Shown here piece by piece: positions 1-10,262 of a DNA stretch of 64,000 bases. The notes beneath the pieces are model-generated. The model had not been told where the DNA came from. It saw only the letters and a program-made list of their open reading frames with translations, and searched no databases. A program made the position numbers and the translations under genes. The stretch's first letter is position 1. Every line of letters starts with the position of its first letter. Source of the stretch: an uncultured Acidobacteriota bacterium (GTDB lineage: Bacteria > Acidobacteriota > Vicinamibacteria > Vicinamibacterales > UBA8438); the NCBI GenBank assembly GCA_913043225.1, contig CAJWLU010000001.1, positions 192,001 to 256,000 on the forward strand, in the 5' to 3' direction.

Positions 1-12
1 GTGCCGGACGGA

Positions 13-453
13 CTATGCGCGAGGGGGTGGAATCTCGATGCGAGAAGGTACGGTCGGACCGCTGACATGTCGGTCCTCAACTCGTTGGGCCAGGGATGGG
101 CGAGAAAGCAACATGACCGCGGAGGTCATGAGCGCGGGTGACCCAAACGCGACCTCGGGGGTAAATTCGTCGTCGCAGCACACCTGACCGTTATCGCCTG
201 AGGTATGGCGGCTGGCAGGCGAGGCATCATCGCTCAAGCCATGTGCCGCGTGGCCACCGATGCCGGCCCGATCCCCAACGTAGGACGAAGACGGCCCAGA
301 ATCGCCGAGGTGCAGCGGACAGTGGTCGCCCGGCTCCGGTGTCTCTACATGCGAGAAACAGCAGAGGGCGAGCGCGGCGGCAGCGAGTGCCGTAACGTGA
401 CCGCCGAGGACCGCAGCGGTAACTAGCGAGAGGCGCGAACGAAGGAAGAACAT
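13..453 (-). CDS. Cys/His-rich hypothetical protein with hydrophobic N-terminus and C-terminal PPPRA (DUF2946-like leader/arrest-peptide candidate)
   Basis: ATG at 453 (MFFLRSRLSLVTAAVLGG...), hydrophobic N-terminus, CCFSH, HCPLH and CC motifs, ends IEIPPPRA*. Confidence 0.55.
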   Translation of the reverse strand: MFFLRSRLSLVTAAVLGGHVTALAAAALALCCFSHVETPEPGDHCPLHLGDSGPSSSYVGDRAGIGGHAAHGLSDDASPASRHTSGDNGQVCCDDEFTPEVAFGSPALMTSAVMLLSRPSLAQRVEDRHVSGPTVPSRIEIPPPRA

Positions 454-469
454 GCTTGCGGTGAGCAAT

Positions 470-1759
470 CTAGCGGAAACCGAGATCAAGTGCAACGATC
501 CGCTCGCGGTCACGTGCATAAAGCGTCGTCCCCGAGAGCGTCGGCACCGTCCAGGTGCGGGTGTCGAAGAGCGGTGTGCTCGCCAGTCTCTCAAGACCAG
601 ACGGACTGAGCCGCACCAGCGACAGGTCGCCGTCTTCTTCCATCAGAATCGCCTTCCCATCGGCCTGCACCATAGTAGCCCTGGAGAAGCCACGCTCTCG
701 CCACGCAGTCTCACCCGACTCCAGATGGGTCGCGGTCAGGATTGCCGTGGCACTCTGGCCGCTTGTCCCGTAGATAAAGTCTCCTATCTTCAGCACGTTA
801 AGGAACGTAAACCGCAGACGCGGGTCGGCCCAGAGCAGCTCCGTGTAGGTGACGTCGTCATCCGGTATCAGCCGGATGGCCTGGCTACCTCCGATGTAGC
901 CCGAAGAAGAAAATAGCACCCCGGTGTCCTGGTCGTAGATCGGGACCTGGAAGTTGAAGTCATTGCCAGCATCGTGCGGGTGGGTCCACAGCACTCTGCC
1001 GTCATCGGGATCCATCCCGAACACGCCCTGACCGGCGAACACCACGGCCTGGGCACGACCGGCCACCTCGATGAGCCCGACCGGCGCGTGGGACACGAGG
1101 AAGCTACCGCTTCGCCACACCACCTCGCCGTCACGCTGCCGGAACGCCATCACCGCCTGCCCGGGCCCACCCACCTGGAGCAGGATCATGTCCCGGTAGG
1201 GCGTGGGGCTCATCCCAGAACCCGGCTTGATCATCGAACGGATCAGCAACGGGGGCGCGCCGAAGTCGTCGATCAGGTTTCGCTCCCAGATCAACTCGCC
1301 AGTCGCCGAGTCGAGCACATGGAGTTCCTTGTTGCTCCCCACCGCGAACAACCGTCCATCGACCAGGAGCGGAGTCGCGTGGGGCCCGGCGCCTTGGCCG
1401 AAGTCCTGATTCATCGAATCGTAGGCGTACTCCCAAAGCATCTCGCCGGTGCCGGCGTCGAGGGCTACCACAGCCTCGCGTGGCGTCCAGGGACTTCCGC
1501 CACCTTCGCCGTGCGATTCCCGATACATGGTGTACAGACGACCGTCGGCCACCAGGATTGCGGTGTGGCCCGCCCCGAGCGGGCGGCTCCACAATTCGGG
1601 CGGTCCGCCCTCTGGCCACTGCTCGGCGAGGCTGGTCGACGCCGCCAAGAAATCGCCGCTCGGACCACCCCACTGCGTCCACTCCCCTTCCTGAGCGCCA
1701 CCCTGCGCAGGTGCCCCTAGCAACGCCGCCACCACGACCAAGAGTCTCCAGACAGTCAT
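470..1759 (-). CDS. PQQ-binding-like (BamB-like) beta-propeller repeat protein, exported
   Basis: Signal peptide, WTQWGGP N-terminal motif, repeated A-L-D-xx-T-G-xx-x-W tryptophan-docking motifs; ATGA overlap with upstream gene. Confidence 0.85.
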   Translation of the reverse strand: MTVWRLLVVVAALLGAPAQGGAQEGEWTQWGGPSGDFLAASTSLAEQWPEGGPPELWSRPLGAGHTAILVADGRLYTMYRESHGEGGGSPWTPREAVVALDAGTGEMLWEYAYDSMNQDFGQGAGPHATPLLVDGRLFAVGSNKELHVLDSATGELIWERNLIDDFGAPPLLIRSMIKPGSGMSPTPYRDMILLQVGGPGQAVMAFRQRDGEVVWRSGSFLVSHAPVGLIEVAGRAQAVVFAGQGVFGMDPDDGRVLWTHPHDAGNDFNFQVPIYDQDTGVLFSSSGYIGGSQAIRLIPDDDVTYTELLWADPRLRFTFLNVLKIGDFIYGTSGQSATAILTATHLESGETAWRERGFSRATMVQADGKAILMEEDGDLSLVRLSPSGLERLASTPLFDTRTWTVPTLSGTTLYARDRERIVALDLGFR

Positions 1760-2307
1760 CGGCCCGGCACCTCCTGCGGAAAATCTTTGCACGGCATCGC
1801 CCACTGCTTGCAGTCGCCGACCGGCACGTTGCGATAGTAGACGAGCTGGTTGCGGATCTCACCGGCGGATGTCGTGGTGGTGACCTCGATCGTCAGTCGG
1901 TCGCCGTCGAGCGTCATCACCTCGTGCATCTGCATCTCGCCCATGGTTCCCTCGGCGACGAGGCGCTCCCCGTCCCACCGGGACGCCACCAGCATCGAGG
2001 TGTCACGTCCCACGGGAATCGTCAGCTCGCGACCCGGGGCATAGGACCAAGCCTTCAGCCCATTGGTCTCGGCCCCGATGAGGACCGTGCCGTTGGCAGC
2101 CTGGGTAATAAACAGCCGGTCGATGTCGTCGCCCCCACGTCCCCCGCTGAACGCGGGCGCGGTGTAAGACGACGCCTCGGCGTCGAGGGTCCACATACCC
2201 GAGAAATCTGGCCCCTGGGCCTGGACCAGGCCGACGCTCGTAAGCCAGATCCAGATCGCCAGCATCCCGGTACGACGCCCCACGCGCCACCACTGCCTAC
2301 TCTGCAT
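1756..2307 (-). CDS. exported hypothetical protein (PDFSGxWxLD, lipocalin-like beta protein)
   Basis: GAGGG RBS before ATG 2307, signal peptide ending AQG, PDFSGMWTLD motif, C-terminal Cys pair. Confidence 0.7.
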   Translation of the reverse strand: MQSRQWWRVGRRTGMLAIWIWLTSVGLVQAQGPDFSGMWTLDAEASSYTAPAFSGGRGGDDIDRLFITQAANGTVLIGAETNGLKAWSYAPGRELTIPVGRDTSMLVASRWDGERLVAEGTMGEMQMHEVMTLDGDRLTIEVTTTTSAGEIRNQLVYYRNVPVGDCKQWAMPCKDFPQEVPGR

Positions 2308-2471
2308 GTCGATACCCTCAGTCTCCGTCGTCCCGCGGTCTGACGCAACCCGCCGCGCGAACCGACCACTATAATCGGCAGGTTCGGTCCACTTCGGCCA
2401 GCATGCCTGGGCCGCCTTCACTACTGACGCCAGCGCTCACTGTGGCGCTTCTCCAGGAGAACGGATTCCCA

Positions 2472-2957
2472 ATGTTGACCCACATCCTGCACGCCTACGA
2501 CCTCCAGCTAAAGACGGCCAAGCGACTGCTTGCCGATATCCCAGACGACCAGATGTGCACTCAGCCTAACGGCCTGGTCAACCACCCGACCTGGAGCCTG
2601 GGCCACCTGGTGGTCTCCGCCAACGGCGTCGGCAAGATGATCGGGATCGAGCCTGGCATGCCCGAAAACTGGGGCGAGCTGTTCAAGACCGGCGGCACCC
2701 CGAGCGATGACCCGACCGGGATGCCGAGCAAGGCGGAGCTCCTCTCGGAGCTCGAGCAGTTGCACGAGCGCTATAAGGCCGCACTACCGAACGTTAACCA
2801 GTCCGTCCTCGACGCCGAGACCCCCAACGAGCAAACCCGCGCCTACTTCCCCACGGTGGGCTCCATGGTGGTGTTCATCATGACCAGCCACGAGATGGAC
2901 CACCTCGGACAGGTGGCCGCGTGGCGTCGGGCCGCGGGACTCGGATCGGCAAGCTGA
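2472..2957 (+). CDS. DinB family protein
   Basis: NHPTWSLGHL and HEMDHLGQ His-triad pattern; GGAGA upstream. Confidence 0.85.
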   Translation: MLTHILHAYDLQLKTAKRLLADIPDDQMCTQPNGLVNHPTWSLGHLVVSANGVGKMIGIEPGMPENWGELFKTGGTPSDDPTGMPSKAELLSELEQLHERYKAALPNVNQSVLDAETPNEQTRAYFPTVGSMVVFIMTSHEMDHLGQVAAWRRAAGLGSAS

Positions 2958-3092
2958 TCGCGTCCCCCAGGGGTGTGGCAGGTCCCGCAGCCGGCGTCCT
3001 CGACTCGGGTGTCAGATCCTGCCCACCCACCACCTGCGCTTGCACCCGGTCACCTGTCGCCGCCGGCTTGCACGTCCCACTCGACGAGAAAC

Positions 3093-4958
3093 ATGGTCCC
3101 GTCCGCCACTGACGACCAGCTCGAAGCGACGCTGGCCCGTTTCTGGGGCTATCGCGCGTTCCGCCCGCTACAACGCGAGGCGATCGAAGCCAACCTTGAG
3201 AACCGGGACAGCGTGGTGGTCCTGCCCACCGGCGGGGGTAAATCCCTGTGCTTCCAGATGCCGGCCCTGGTCAGGTCGGTAGCAGGTCCCGGCCTCGTGG
3301 TGTCGCCCCTGGTGTCGCTGATGAAGGACCAGGTCGACGGCCTCCTGGCTAGCGGCATCCCAGCCGCCGCCCTCAACAGCTCGCTCACGCCCGACGAACG
3401 GCGCCAGACCCACGACGCGCTCGACGCCGGGGCATGCCGGCTACTGTATGTCACACCCGAACGCCTGGTCGGCGAAGGTGGCGAGAGTTTCCGCGCGCGG
3501 CTCCACCGCTGGGGCGTGCAGTTCGTGGCCGTCGACGAGGCGCACTGCATCAGCCAGTGGGGACACGAGTTCAGGCCGGAATATCGACAACTGGCGCGGC
3601 TACGCGAAGAGTTTCCCGAGCTCGGAGTCCACGCCTTCACAGCCACCGCTACTCAGCAAGTACGCGACGACATTGCCTCACAACTGGCACTACGGGAGCC
3701 CGAGATGCTCGTGGGCTCCTTCGACCGGCCGAACCTGGTGTATCGGGTGCTCGTACGCACAGGCGTCAAAGACCAGATCCAGCGGGTACTCGACCGCCAT
3801 CTGGGCGAAGCCGGCATCATCTATTGCGTCTCCCGCAAAGAGGTCGAACAGCTCGCCACCTGGCTCAAGTCGTCGGGCCATCGCGCCCTGCCTTACCACG
3901 CCGGTCTGTCGGACGACACGCGCCGTCGGCATCAGGAAGCCTTCCTCGAAGAGCGTGCCGATACGATGGTCGCCACGGTCGCCTTCGGCATGGGTATCGA
4001 CCGCTCGAACATCCGCTATGTGATCCACGCCGGCTCACCACGATCGCTCGAGCACTACCAGCAGGAATCGGGACGCGCCGGCCGGGATGGCCTCGAGGCC
4101 GAGTGCGTGCTGTTCTACTCGGGCGCCGACTACGCCCGCTGGCGACAGATGCTCGAACAAAGTGGCGAGCTCTCGGACCAGGCTCGGCGTCTACTTCGGG
4201 ACATAGAACGCTACGCGGGCGGTACCAGGTGTCGACACGCCGTGCTGGTCGAGTATTTCGGACAGGCCTATACCCAGGACAGCTGCAACGCCTGCGACTG
4301 GTGCCTGAAAGAGCTAGAACCGGTGACCGACTCCCTGACCCTGGCGCAGAAGATTCTGTCAACGGTGGTCCGGCTGGGACAAAACTTCGGCATGGGCCAC
4401 GTCATCGATGTCCTGCGGGGCCGCACCACCGAACAGGTCAGCAGGGGGAGCCACCAGGAGTTGAGTACTTTCGGCCTGCTGGCCGACACCCCAATCGCTG
4501 AGCTCCGCGGCTATCTCGATCAGCTGACGCAACAGGAGCTGCTGCAGCGGACCGACGGTCCCTATCCCGTGCTCCAGCTGACTGACACCGGAGTGACGGT
4601 GCTCAAAGGACAGGGCCTCGTTGAGCTGTATCGCCAGCCTCGGCCGGCCCCCGGACAGCGGCGACGCCGCGACCGCGCCGACCCGGCGGCCTGGGAGGGG
4701 GTAGACCGCGGACTGTTCGAAGCGCTGCGTGAGTGCCGGATGGAGATCGCGCGCGCCCGCGGCGTTCCTCCGTATGTGGTCTTCCACGACAACACGCTTC
4801 GGGACCTGGCGCGCCGACGCCCCACCTCACCACAGGAGCTCCTGCAGGTCTACGGCATCGGTGCCCGGAAGGCCGACGACTTCGGCCCGATCGTACTCAG
4901 AGTGATTCAGGAGTACGAGGGACACACCGACACCGATGCGGCAGAACCACCTCAGTAG
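3093..4958 (+). CDS. recQ: ATP-dependent DNA helicase RecQ
   Basis: PTGGGKSLC, VDEAHCISQWGHEFRPEY, ATVAFGMGID, QESGRAGRDG, Zn site CRH..CNACDWC, RQC and HRDC (VPPYVVFHD) domains. Confidence 0.96.
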   Translation: MVPSATDDQLEATLARFWGYRAFRPLQREAIEANLENRDSVVVLPTGGGKSLCFQMPALVRSVAGPGLVVSPLVSLMKDQVDGLLASGIPAAALNSSLTPDERRQTHDALDAGACRLLYVTPERLVGEGGESFRARLHRWGVQFVAVDEAHCISQWGHEFRPEYRQLARLREEFPELGVHAFTATATQQVRDDIASQLALREPEMLVGSFDRPNLVYRVLVRTGVKDQIQRVLDRHLGEAGIIYCVSRKEVEQLATWLKSSGHRALPYHAGLSDDTRRRHQEAFLEERADTMVATVAFGMGIDRSNIRYVIHAGSPRSLEHYQQESGRAGRDGLEAECVLFYSGADYARWRQMLEQSGELSDQARRLLRDIERYAGGTRCRHAVLVEYFGQAYTQDSCNACDWCLKELEPVTDSLTLAQKILSTVVRLGQNFGMGHVIDVLRGRTTEQVSRGSHQELSTFGLLADTPIAELRGYLDQLTQQELLQRTDGPYPVLQLTDTGVTVLKGQGLVELYRQPRPAPGQRRRRDRADPAAWEGVDRGLFEALRECRMEIARARGVPPYVVFHDNTLRDLARRRPTSPQELLQVYGIGARKADDFGPIVLRVIQEYEGHTDTDAAEPPQ

Positions 4959-7333
4959 CGACGCAGCAGCACCGCCTCGTCCTGCGGAGCGACGTCGAAG
5001 AGATCGCCCGGGTAACGGCGATACCCCACGATGGCACCGTAGATGGCGTAAGCGTTCTGCTGGTCGAGCGCCAGACCGGCCAGATACTGCAGCCGGAGAC
5101 TCCTATCGCGGTTGATCGGGGCATCGCGCAGCCAGGGCTCAAGGTCGTTGCCCCTACCGGCATAGGTATCCAGCAGATCGATAGTCGAGCCGAGGCCAAC
5201 CTCGGCAAGCGAGCCGCGGAGCGCGGAGTCGCCGGCCAGCCGCTCGCCGATCCAGCGACCATCGATACGCTGCGATCCGACTCGACCGATCAGGACGAGG
5301 TCGTAACCCGCGTCGAGGAAATCACTATTCCAGAGCGTCGCGTCCGGGAAGGAGTGCACGAAGGTCCCGATCTGGCTCTTTGCCGACACTTCGTCGGTCT
5401 CGTAGAGCGGCACCCACTGCGCCACCACTCCTCCGGGCCGCAGCCGCTCCTTGACTAGCTCGTGGTACTCCACCGAGTACAGACTGGCAGCCCCACGCAC
5501 CCAGGGGTGGATCGGATCCGAGGTGATAACGTCGAACTGTTCGTCGGTGGTGGCAAGGAAATGCCGGGCGTCGTCGTAGATCACCTCCGTCCTGGGATCG
5601 GATAGCACCGCGTGGTTCGCCTCGCGGAACTGGTCGGAGGCAGTAATCACACTGGGCTCGATCTCGCAGATGACGATACGCTCGACCTCTGGATGGCGGA
5701 CGAACGACCCGGCCGTGACCCCGGCGCCCATGCCGACGATCAGGACGCTCCTGGGCTCTCCATGCAGGAGCGCCGGCACATGCCCGAGCATCCGCTCGAT
5801 CCGCATGTCCAGGTCCATGGTGGAGGCCACCACTTTCCCGCTGATATGCAACTGGCGGTAGCCCGCCTCGCTATCAGTGACCGCCACCGACGCGCTGACC
5901 CCCTCGTCGACGAACAGATACTGGCCAATGGTGTCCCAGCCGGGGATGTCGCGACCGAAGGCGATAAGTCCGCGTGGGGTGCCGGGCACCAGCCAGACCG
6001 ACAGGCCTACGGCGAGGACCAGCAGCCACGGCGCGAGAGAGAGGAGCGGCGTGGGCTGCCGCCGTCGCTCCGCCCAGAGCATCGTGGCCGCCGCCACGGC
6101 CGCAACGAGCACTAGGGCCTGCTGGGCAGCTTGGGTACCGACTCCCGGGATGAGCACGAGACTGAAGAGAACCGTCCCGAGCAACGCCCCAGCGGTATTG
6201 GCCACGGTAACCCGGGCCACGATTCTCCCAGCATCGGCGTCGCCCTCATTGGCCGCGGCAAGCGCGAGAGGCACGCTCGCACCCCAGACCAGGGTAGCCG
6301 GCGCGATCGACAGCGCGCACCGCGCGACGTCGAAGAGGAAGCTCATACCGTTCCCCTTCGCGGACAGTTCCCAGAACGGGATCTGATAACCGATCATGAA
6401 CGCACTAAAGGGAAGCGCCCCCAACAAGGCGACCTGCATCCACCCGAGCGCCAGCCCCGGTCGTTCGACCCGTCTAGCCAACCAGGCGCCGATAAGGCTG
6501 CCACCGCCGAGTCCCCCCAGGAACACGGCCAGGATCAGGGAGAAGTTGTAGACTGTCGCCCCGAATAGCAGCGAGAACTGCCTCGTCCACACCACCTCGG
6601 CCCCGAGCGATGCCAGGCCCGAAAGCGCGATCACGGCCAGCACGACCGGCCGGCCTGGTGCAAGCGACGGCTCGCGACGTACCGGTTCCGTCTCGTGGAT
6701 CCAACCACGGGCCAGCACAAGAGCAACACCAGCCACGGCCAGGTTTAGCGCCACTGCCACCAGAGTCGCGACGACCGTGTCGTAAACCCGTAGCAGGTAG
6801 AAACTGGCCAGCAGCACGCCGCTCACCGCCCCGATCGTGTTCACGCCATAGAGACGACCCGCCGCCGCCACGCCAGGTCGGGTAGCCCCGGTCCACCTGG
6901 CCACCGCAGGCAGAGTCGCCCCCATCAGGATGGTTGGGGGCAACAGGCAGACGACGCACACCACGGCTCGCAGCAAGACCCCGCCCAGCCCATAGCCCAC
7001 CGCAGCCAGATAGACCGACTGGGCCAGTGGCAGCACCGCCAGCAGCGCAACGCCGATAACGCCGATGGCCACCTCGAGCCCCGCATACACCCGCAGCGGA
7101 TGCCAGGTCGGCGGAACGACTCTCGGCAGCAGCACGCTTCCAATCCCCATGCCTCCCATGAAACTGACCAGCAGCGCGGCGATGGAGATGGAGGAGGACC
7201 CCACGACCAGACGGAGCACGTGGAACCAGGCCAGTTCGTAGATGAGGGCGGCAGCACCGCTGCCCAGAAACAGACAGGCAAGCAGAGCTGTGGGTTGCGG
7301 GGCCGGTTCAGAGCGGTTGGTGCAACCGGTCAT
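4952..7333 (-). CDS. fused multi-TM (MFS-like)/spermidine synthase-like SAM-dependent protein
   Basis: SGAAALIYELAW and LMGATLP TM repeats, then VGMGAGVT, CEIEP, DDARHFL, FDVITSDP; start codon uncertain (7333-7366). Confidence 0.88.
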   Translation of the reverse strand: MTGCTNRSEPAPQPTALLACLFLGSGAAALIYELAWFHVLRLVVGSSSISIAALLVSFMGGMGIGSVLLPRVVPPTWHPLRVYAGLEVAIGVIGVALLAVLPLAQSVYLAAVGYGLGGVLLRAVVCVVCLLPPTILMGATLPAVARWTGATRPGVAAAGRLYGVNTIGAVSGVLLASFYLLRVYDTVVATLVAVALNLAVAGVALVLARGWIHETEPVRREPSLAPGRPVVLAVIALSGLASLGAEVVWTRQFSLLFGATVYNFSLILAVFLGGLGGGSLIGAWLARRVERPGLALGWMQVALLGALPFSAFMIGYQIPFWELSAKGNGMSFLFDVARCALSIAPATLVWGASVPLALAAANEGDADAGRIVARVTVANTAGALLGTVLFSLVLIPGVGTQAAQQALVLVAAVAAATMLWAERRRQPTPLLSLAPWLLVLAVGLSVWLVPGTPRGLIAFGRDIPGWDTIGQYLFVDEGVSASVAVTDSEAGYRQLHISGKVVASTMDLDMRIERMLGHVPALLHGEPRSVLIVGMGAGVTAGSFVRHPEVERIVICEIEPSVITASDQFREANHAVLSDPRTEVIYDDARHFLATTDEQFDVITSDPIHPWVRGAASLYSVEYHELVKERLRPGGVVAQWVPLYETDEVSAKSQIGTFVHSFPDATLWNSDFLDAGYDLVLIGRVGSQRIDGRWIGERLAGDSALRGSLAEVGLGSTIDLLDTYAGRGNDLEPWLRDAPINRDRSLRLQYLAGLALDQQNAYAIYGAIVGYRRYPGDLFDVAPQDEAVLLRRY

Positions 7334-7541
7334 AAACTCAAACATACAGGACGACGGTCCGGCCATTCTCGCTTCGCCGACGGGTCCGATACCAGTTCCT
7401 CGCTATCTCTATATTTGAACTTACGATCTGCGAAACGGGCCAGCGCTAGCCGGCCGGCATCGCTTACAGGTGTACCGAAACGATGCAACGTTCCGATGGC
7501 GAGATGCTGTCCAACCGGTTAAATCACCGGACTGGCGTCAG

Positions 7542-8033
7542 TTATCGGTCGATTCTGGACAGACTGGGAAGACTCGTCAGCGCCGACGAGATCCGTTGAG
7601 CGAGGCCGGTAAGATCCGGCTTGTCGTCTGGTAATAACTTCACCAGTGCCGCACACCCGTGGGCCAGCATGAGGTTGACGTCACGGTCGGGATGGTCGCC
7701 GCCACGCCGCAGATCGGTGCGAAGTCCGACGATGGGCGTCCCCCACGCGAAGGCGGCCCCGCATTCGAAGCAAGTCCCCGAGTCGGGGTCCGCACCGTCG
7801 AGGACCGCCACCACCGCGTCAGCCTCGCGGATCCGGTCGACGAGCAGCTCGAACATCGCCGCGGTAGGCAGTGGCCGCTCGGGCTCGATCAGGTCGGCCA
7901 CCAGGCGCTGCGGCAGCAACACCCTATACCCGAACGTTTCGAGAGCGGCCGCCAGACTGGCATTCCACCGCTGCTCGGCGTGGGTGAAGAGTGGGCCGGC
8001 GAAGTAGACGAAGGAGCCGGGAGATGCGGACAT
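7542..8033 (-). CDS. nucleoside 2-deoxyribosyltransferase family protein
   Basis: YFAGPLF, DSGTCFECG, GLRTDLR, NLML motifs. Confidence 0.88.
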   Translation of the reverse strand: MSASPGSFVYFAGPLFTHAEQRWNASLAAALETFGYRVLLPQRLVADLIEPERPLPTAAMFELLVDRIREADAVVAVLDGADPDSGTCFECGAAFAWGTPIVGLRTDLRRGGDHPDRDVNLMLAHGCAALVKLLPDDKPDLTGLAQRISSALTSLPSLSRIDR

Positions 8034-8086
8034 CGTGTGGTGTGTCCCAGGCAGGGTTCGAAGGAGCAAGCACCCAGCGGCAGGAT

Positions 8087-8875
8087 TTACAGGAACGTCG
8101 TACCCTCCCCGAACTCCTCGGCTTGACGACGCTGGGCATCGGTGGGAGCCGGCTGGCTGATCACGGGTACCCGCTTGAGATATAACCGAAACGCTTGGTA
8201 ATGAATAGCGACCGTCGTGCGGAACGTCAACCAGGGCTGGGTCAGGACGAGCCGCGCCAGAACGCCGTCATCTAGGTGGCGCCGCTCGCCCCAGAGTTGA
8301 ACATCGAGCACGTGCTGATCGTCTTCGAACTCCACGATGCCAATCGAGAGGCGCTCGTCGAGCGGCGCCAGCCGGAAGTTATATCGGCATCGGTTCGAGA
8401 GGAACGGAGACACGTGCATCTGCTTAGCCGCCGAACACCGCCACGGCTCGTGCCCCGCGTCATCACGCAACAGATACAGATAGCGCTCACCGAAGGTACT
8501 GGAGACCTCCGCCACGACCGCGCGGAGCTCGCCGGACTCGGCATGACAGTAGTAGAAGCTAACGGGATTGAAGACATAGCCGAACAACCGACAGCTGGTT
8601 AGCAGACCGACCCGACCACCAGTGATATCGACCTCATGGCGCGCCAGCCACCGTTCGAGTTTTGGCCGCGTCGCGCCCGCCTCGCCATCAAGGTGGTCAC
8701 GGTCATGAAACGTGACGAGACCGGCACCGTTCACACCAAATAGCCTGAGCGACGAGCCGACCCGCTTCAGCTCATCGAGATCGAGATAGAAGAGGCTGAC
8801 CGGATAGCGGAAGTCGTGCACCGCGGGACGCGCCCGACGGTGCCGTACCCACCCCGTGTAGAGACACGATCTCAT
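8087..8875 (-). CDS. DUF1365 family protein (UfaO-like)
   Basis: LYTGWVRHRR, FGYVFNPVSFYYC, KQMHVSPF, IHYQAFRL; ATGA coupling to upstream oxidoreductase. Confidence 0.9.
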   Translation of the reverse strand: MRSCLYTGWVRHRRARPAVHDFRYPVSLFYLDLDELKRVGSSLRLFGVNGAGLVTFHDRDHLDGEAGATRPKLERWLARHEVDITGGRVGLLTSCRLFGYVFNPVSFYYCHAESGELRAVVAEVSSTFGERYLYLLRDDAGHEPWRCSAAKQMHVSPFLSNRCRYNFRLAPLDERLSIGIVEFEDDQHVLDVQLWGERRHLDDGVLARLVLTQPWLTFRTTVAIHYQAFRLYLKRVPVISQPAPTDAQRRQAEEFGEGTTFL

Positions 8876-10161
8876 CGCGACCAATCAGCCTCGGGATCGA
8901 TAGCGCGGACCACATCGAGCCCCGCACGCACGCCGTCCTCGTGAAACCCGTTCCCCAAATAGGCACCGCAGTAGTAGGTGCGTCGCATGCCGTTCTCCGC
9001 ACGCAACCGCTCACGCGCCTGCAAACCGGCCGGACTGTAGCACGGGTGCGAGAAGCGCAACCGCCGCAGGATCAGGTCAGACCGCACCGCTCCGCCGTCG
9101 TTCAGGGTGACGCAAAACGGTCGATCGGACTCGAAGCGCTGCAGTCGATTGAGCAGATAGGTCATCTCCAACGGACGACTGGAGTCCCGACAGTCCGGCA
9201 CATGGTAGTTCCAGGCGGCCCAAGCGTGCCGGGAGCGCGGCAGGACCGAGCGGTCCGTGTGAAGCAGCAAGTCGTTCGCGCGATAGGGAATGGCGCCCAG
9301 CAGTTCCCGTTCGCGCGCGTCCGGATCCTCGAGCAAGCTGAGCGCCTGATCGGTGTGGGTCGCCAGCACCACGCGGTCAAACCGCTCGGCGTCCCCATTC
9401 ACCGGGGTCACCGTCACCCCGTCTGTTTCGCGCGTGACCCCGGCCACCGGCTGCCGACACCGAAGCCGGGGTCCAAGCCTGGTCGCAAGTTGTTCTACAT
9501 ACCGCTGGCTGCCCCCCACGACGGTACGCCAGGGCGGCTGGTTCCGTACCTGCAAGAGACCGTGATTGCGAAAGAAGCGCAGGAACAGATCGAGCGGAAA
9601 CTGCTCGGCGTCGGCGACGCTAGACGACCAGATCGCACTGGTCATCGGTAGCAAGTAGTGGCGGACCAACTCGTCGGACAGACCGGCGGCTCGCACCGCC
9701 GACCCCAACGTCGCGCCCGCGGGTAGATCGGTGACACCGAGCGCCCAGCGGTTGAACCGCGTCACATCGCGGAGCAGACGCCAGTAGCTGGGCCGCAGCA
9801 ACTGCCGCGGCCGACTCGTCAGCCCCCGTACCCCGCGACCGCTGTAGGCGAGATCACATGTCCCACACTGGACGCTGAAGGACATTTCACTCGGCTGCGT
9901 CTCGACCCCGAGACGGTCCAACAATCGGGTGAACAGCGGATACGTCCGCTCGTTGTAGACGATGAAGCCGATATCGAGGGACCGCGACCGTCCGCCATCC
10001 TCCACCCGCACGGTGTGCGCATGCCCACCCGCTACCGGCTCGGATTCGTAGATGACGACGTCGTGACGAGACGCGAGCGCATCGGCAGCCGTCAGCCCCG
10101 CGACGCCGGCACCGACGACAGCAAGTCGTAACCGATTTTCGGCGTTTTTCTCCCTGGTCAC
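8872..10161 (-). CDS. FAD-dependent oxidoreductase, amine-oxidase-like (UfaD-like)
   Basis: AVVGAGVAGL Rossmann motif, GGHAHT, DIGFIVYN, AWAAWNY, GAYLGNGFHEDG. Confidence 0.9.
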   Translation of the reverse strand: MTREKNAENRLRLAVVGAGVAGLTAADALASRHDVVIYESEPVAGGHAHTVRVEDGGRSRSLDIGFIVYNERTYPLFTRLLDRLGVETQPSEMSFSVQCGTCDLAYSGRGVRGLTSRPRQLLRPSYWRLLRDVTRFNRWALGVTDLPAGATLGSAVRAAGLSDELVRHYLLPMTSAIWSSSVADAEQFPLDLFLRFFRNHGLLQVRNQPPWRTVVGGSQRYVEQLATRLGPRLRCRQPVAGVTRETDGVTVTPVNGDAERFDRVVLATHTDQALSLLEDPDARERELLGAIPYRANDLLLHTDRSVLPRSRHAWAAWNYHVPDCRDSSRPLEMTYLLNRLQRFESDRPFCVTLNDGGAVRSDLILRRLRFSHPCYSPAGLQARERLRAENGMRRTYYCGAYLGNGFHEDGVRAGLDVVRAIDPEADWSR

Positions 10162-10232
10162 GCCAGGCCGCCCACCGTTGCCCGAGCGGAAAACCGATCG
10201 CCACTCACCACCCGCACACCTCCTAGATTAAA

Positions 10233-10253
10233 CGTATTATCTTTCCGGTTAAA
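10233..10253 (+). promoter_or_regulatory. candidate operator/promoter motif CGTATT-N9-GTTAAA, copy 1
   Basis: CGTATTATCTTTCCGGTTAAA in divergent gap, 16/21 identical to 15042-15062 (minus strand). Confidence 0.45.
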
Positions 10254-10262
10254 GCCAACACG

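Noticed and set aside
470..1759. Calling the two WxQWxG beta-propellers (also 61960-63303) bamB or PQQ dehydrogenases
   Set aside because: No lipobox, no bam/der context and no quinoprotein catalytic motifs; kept as generic propeller proteins
4952..7333. Calling the fused protein a true spermidine synthase (speE)
   Set aside because: Has GMGAG rather than the GGGDG motif and a large TM domain; activity of this fused family is uncertain
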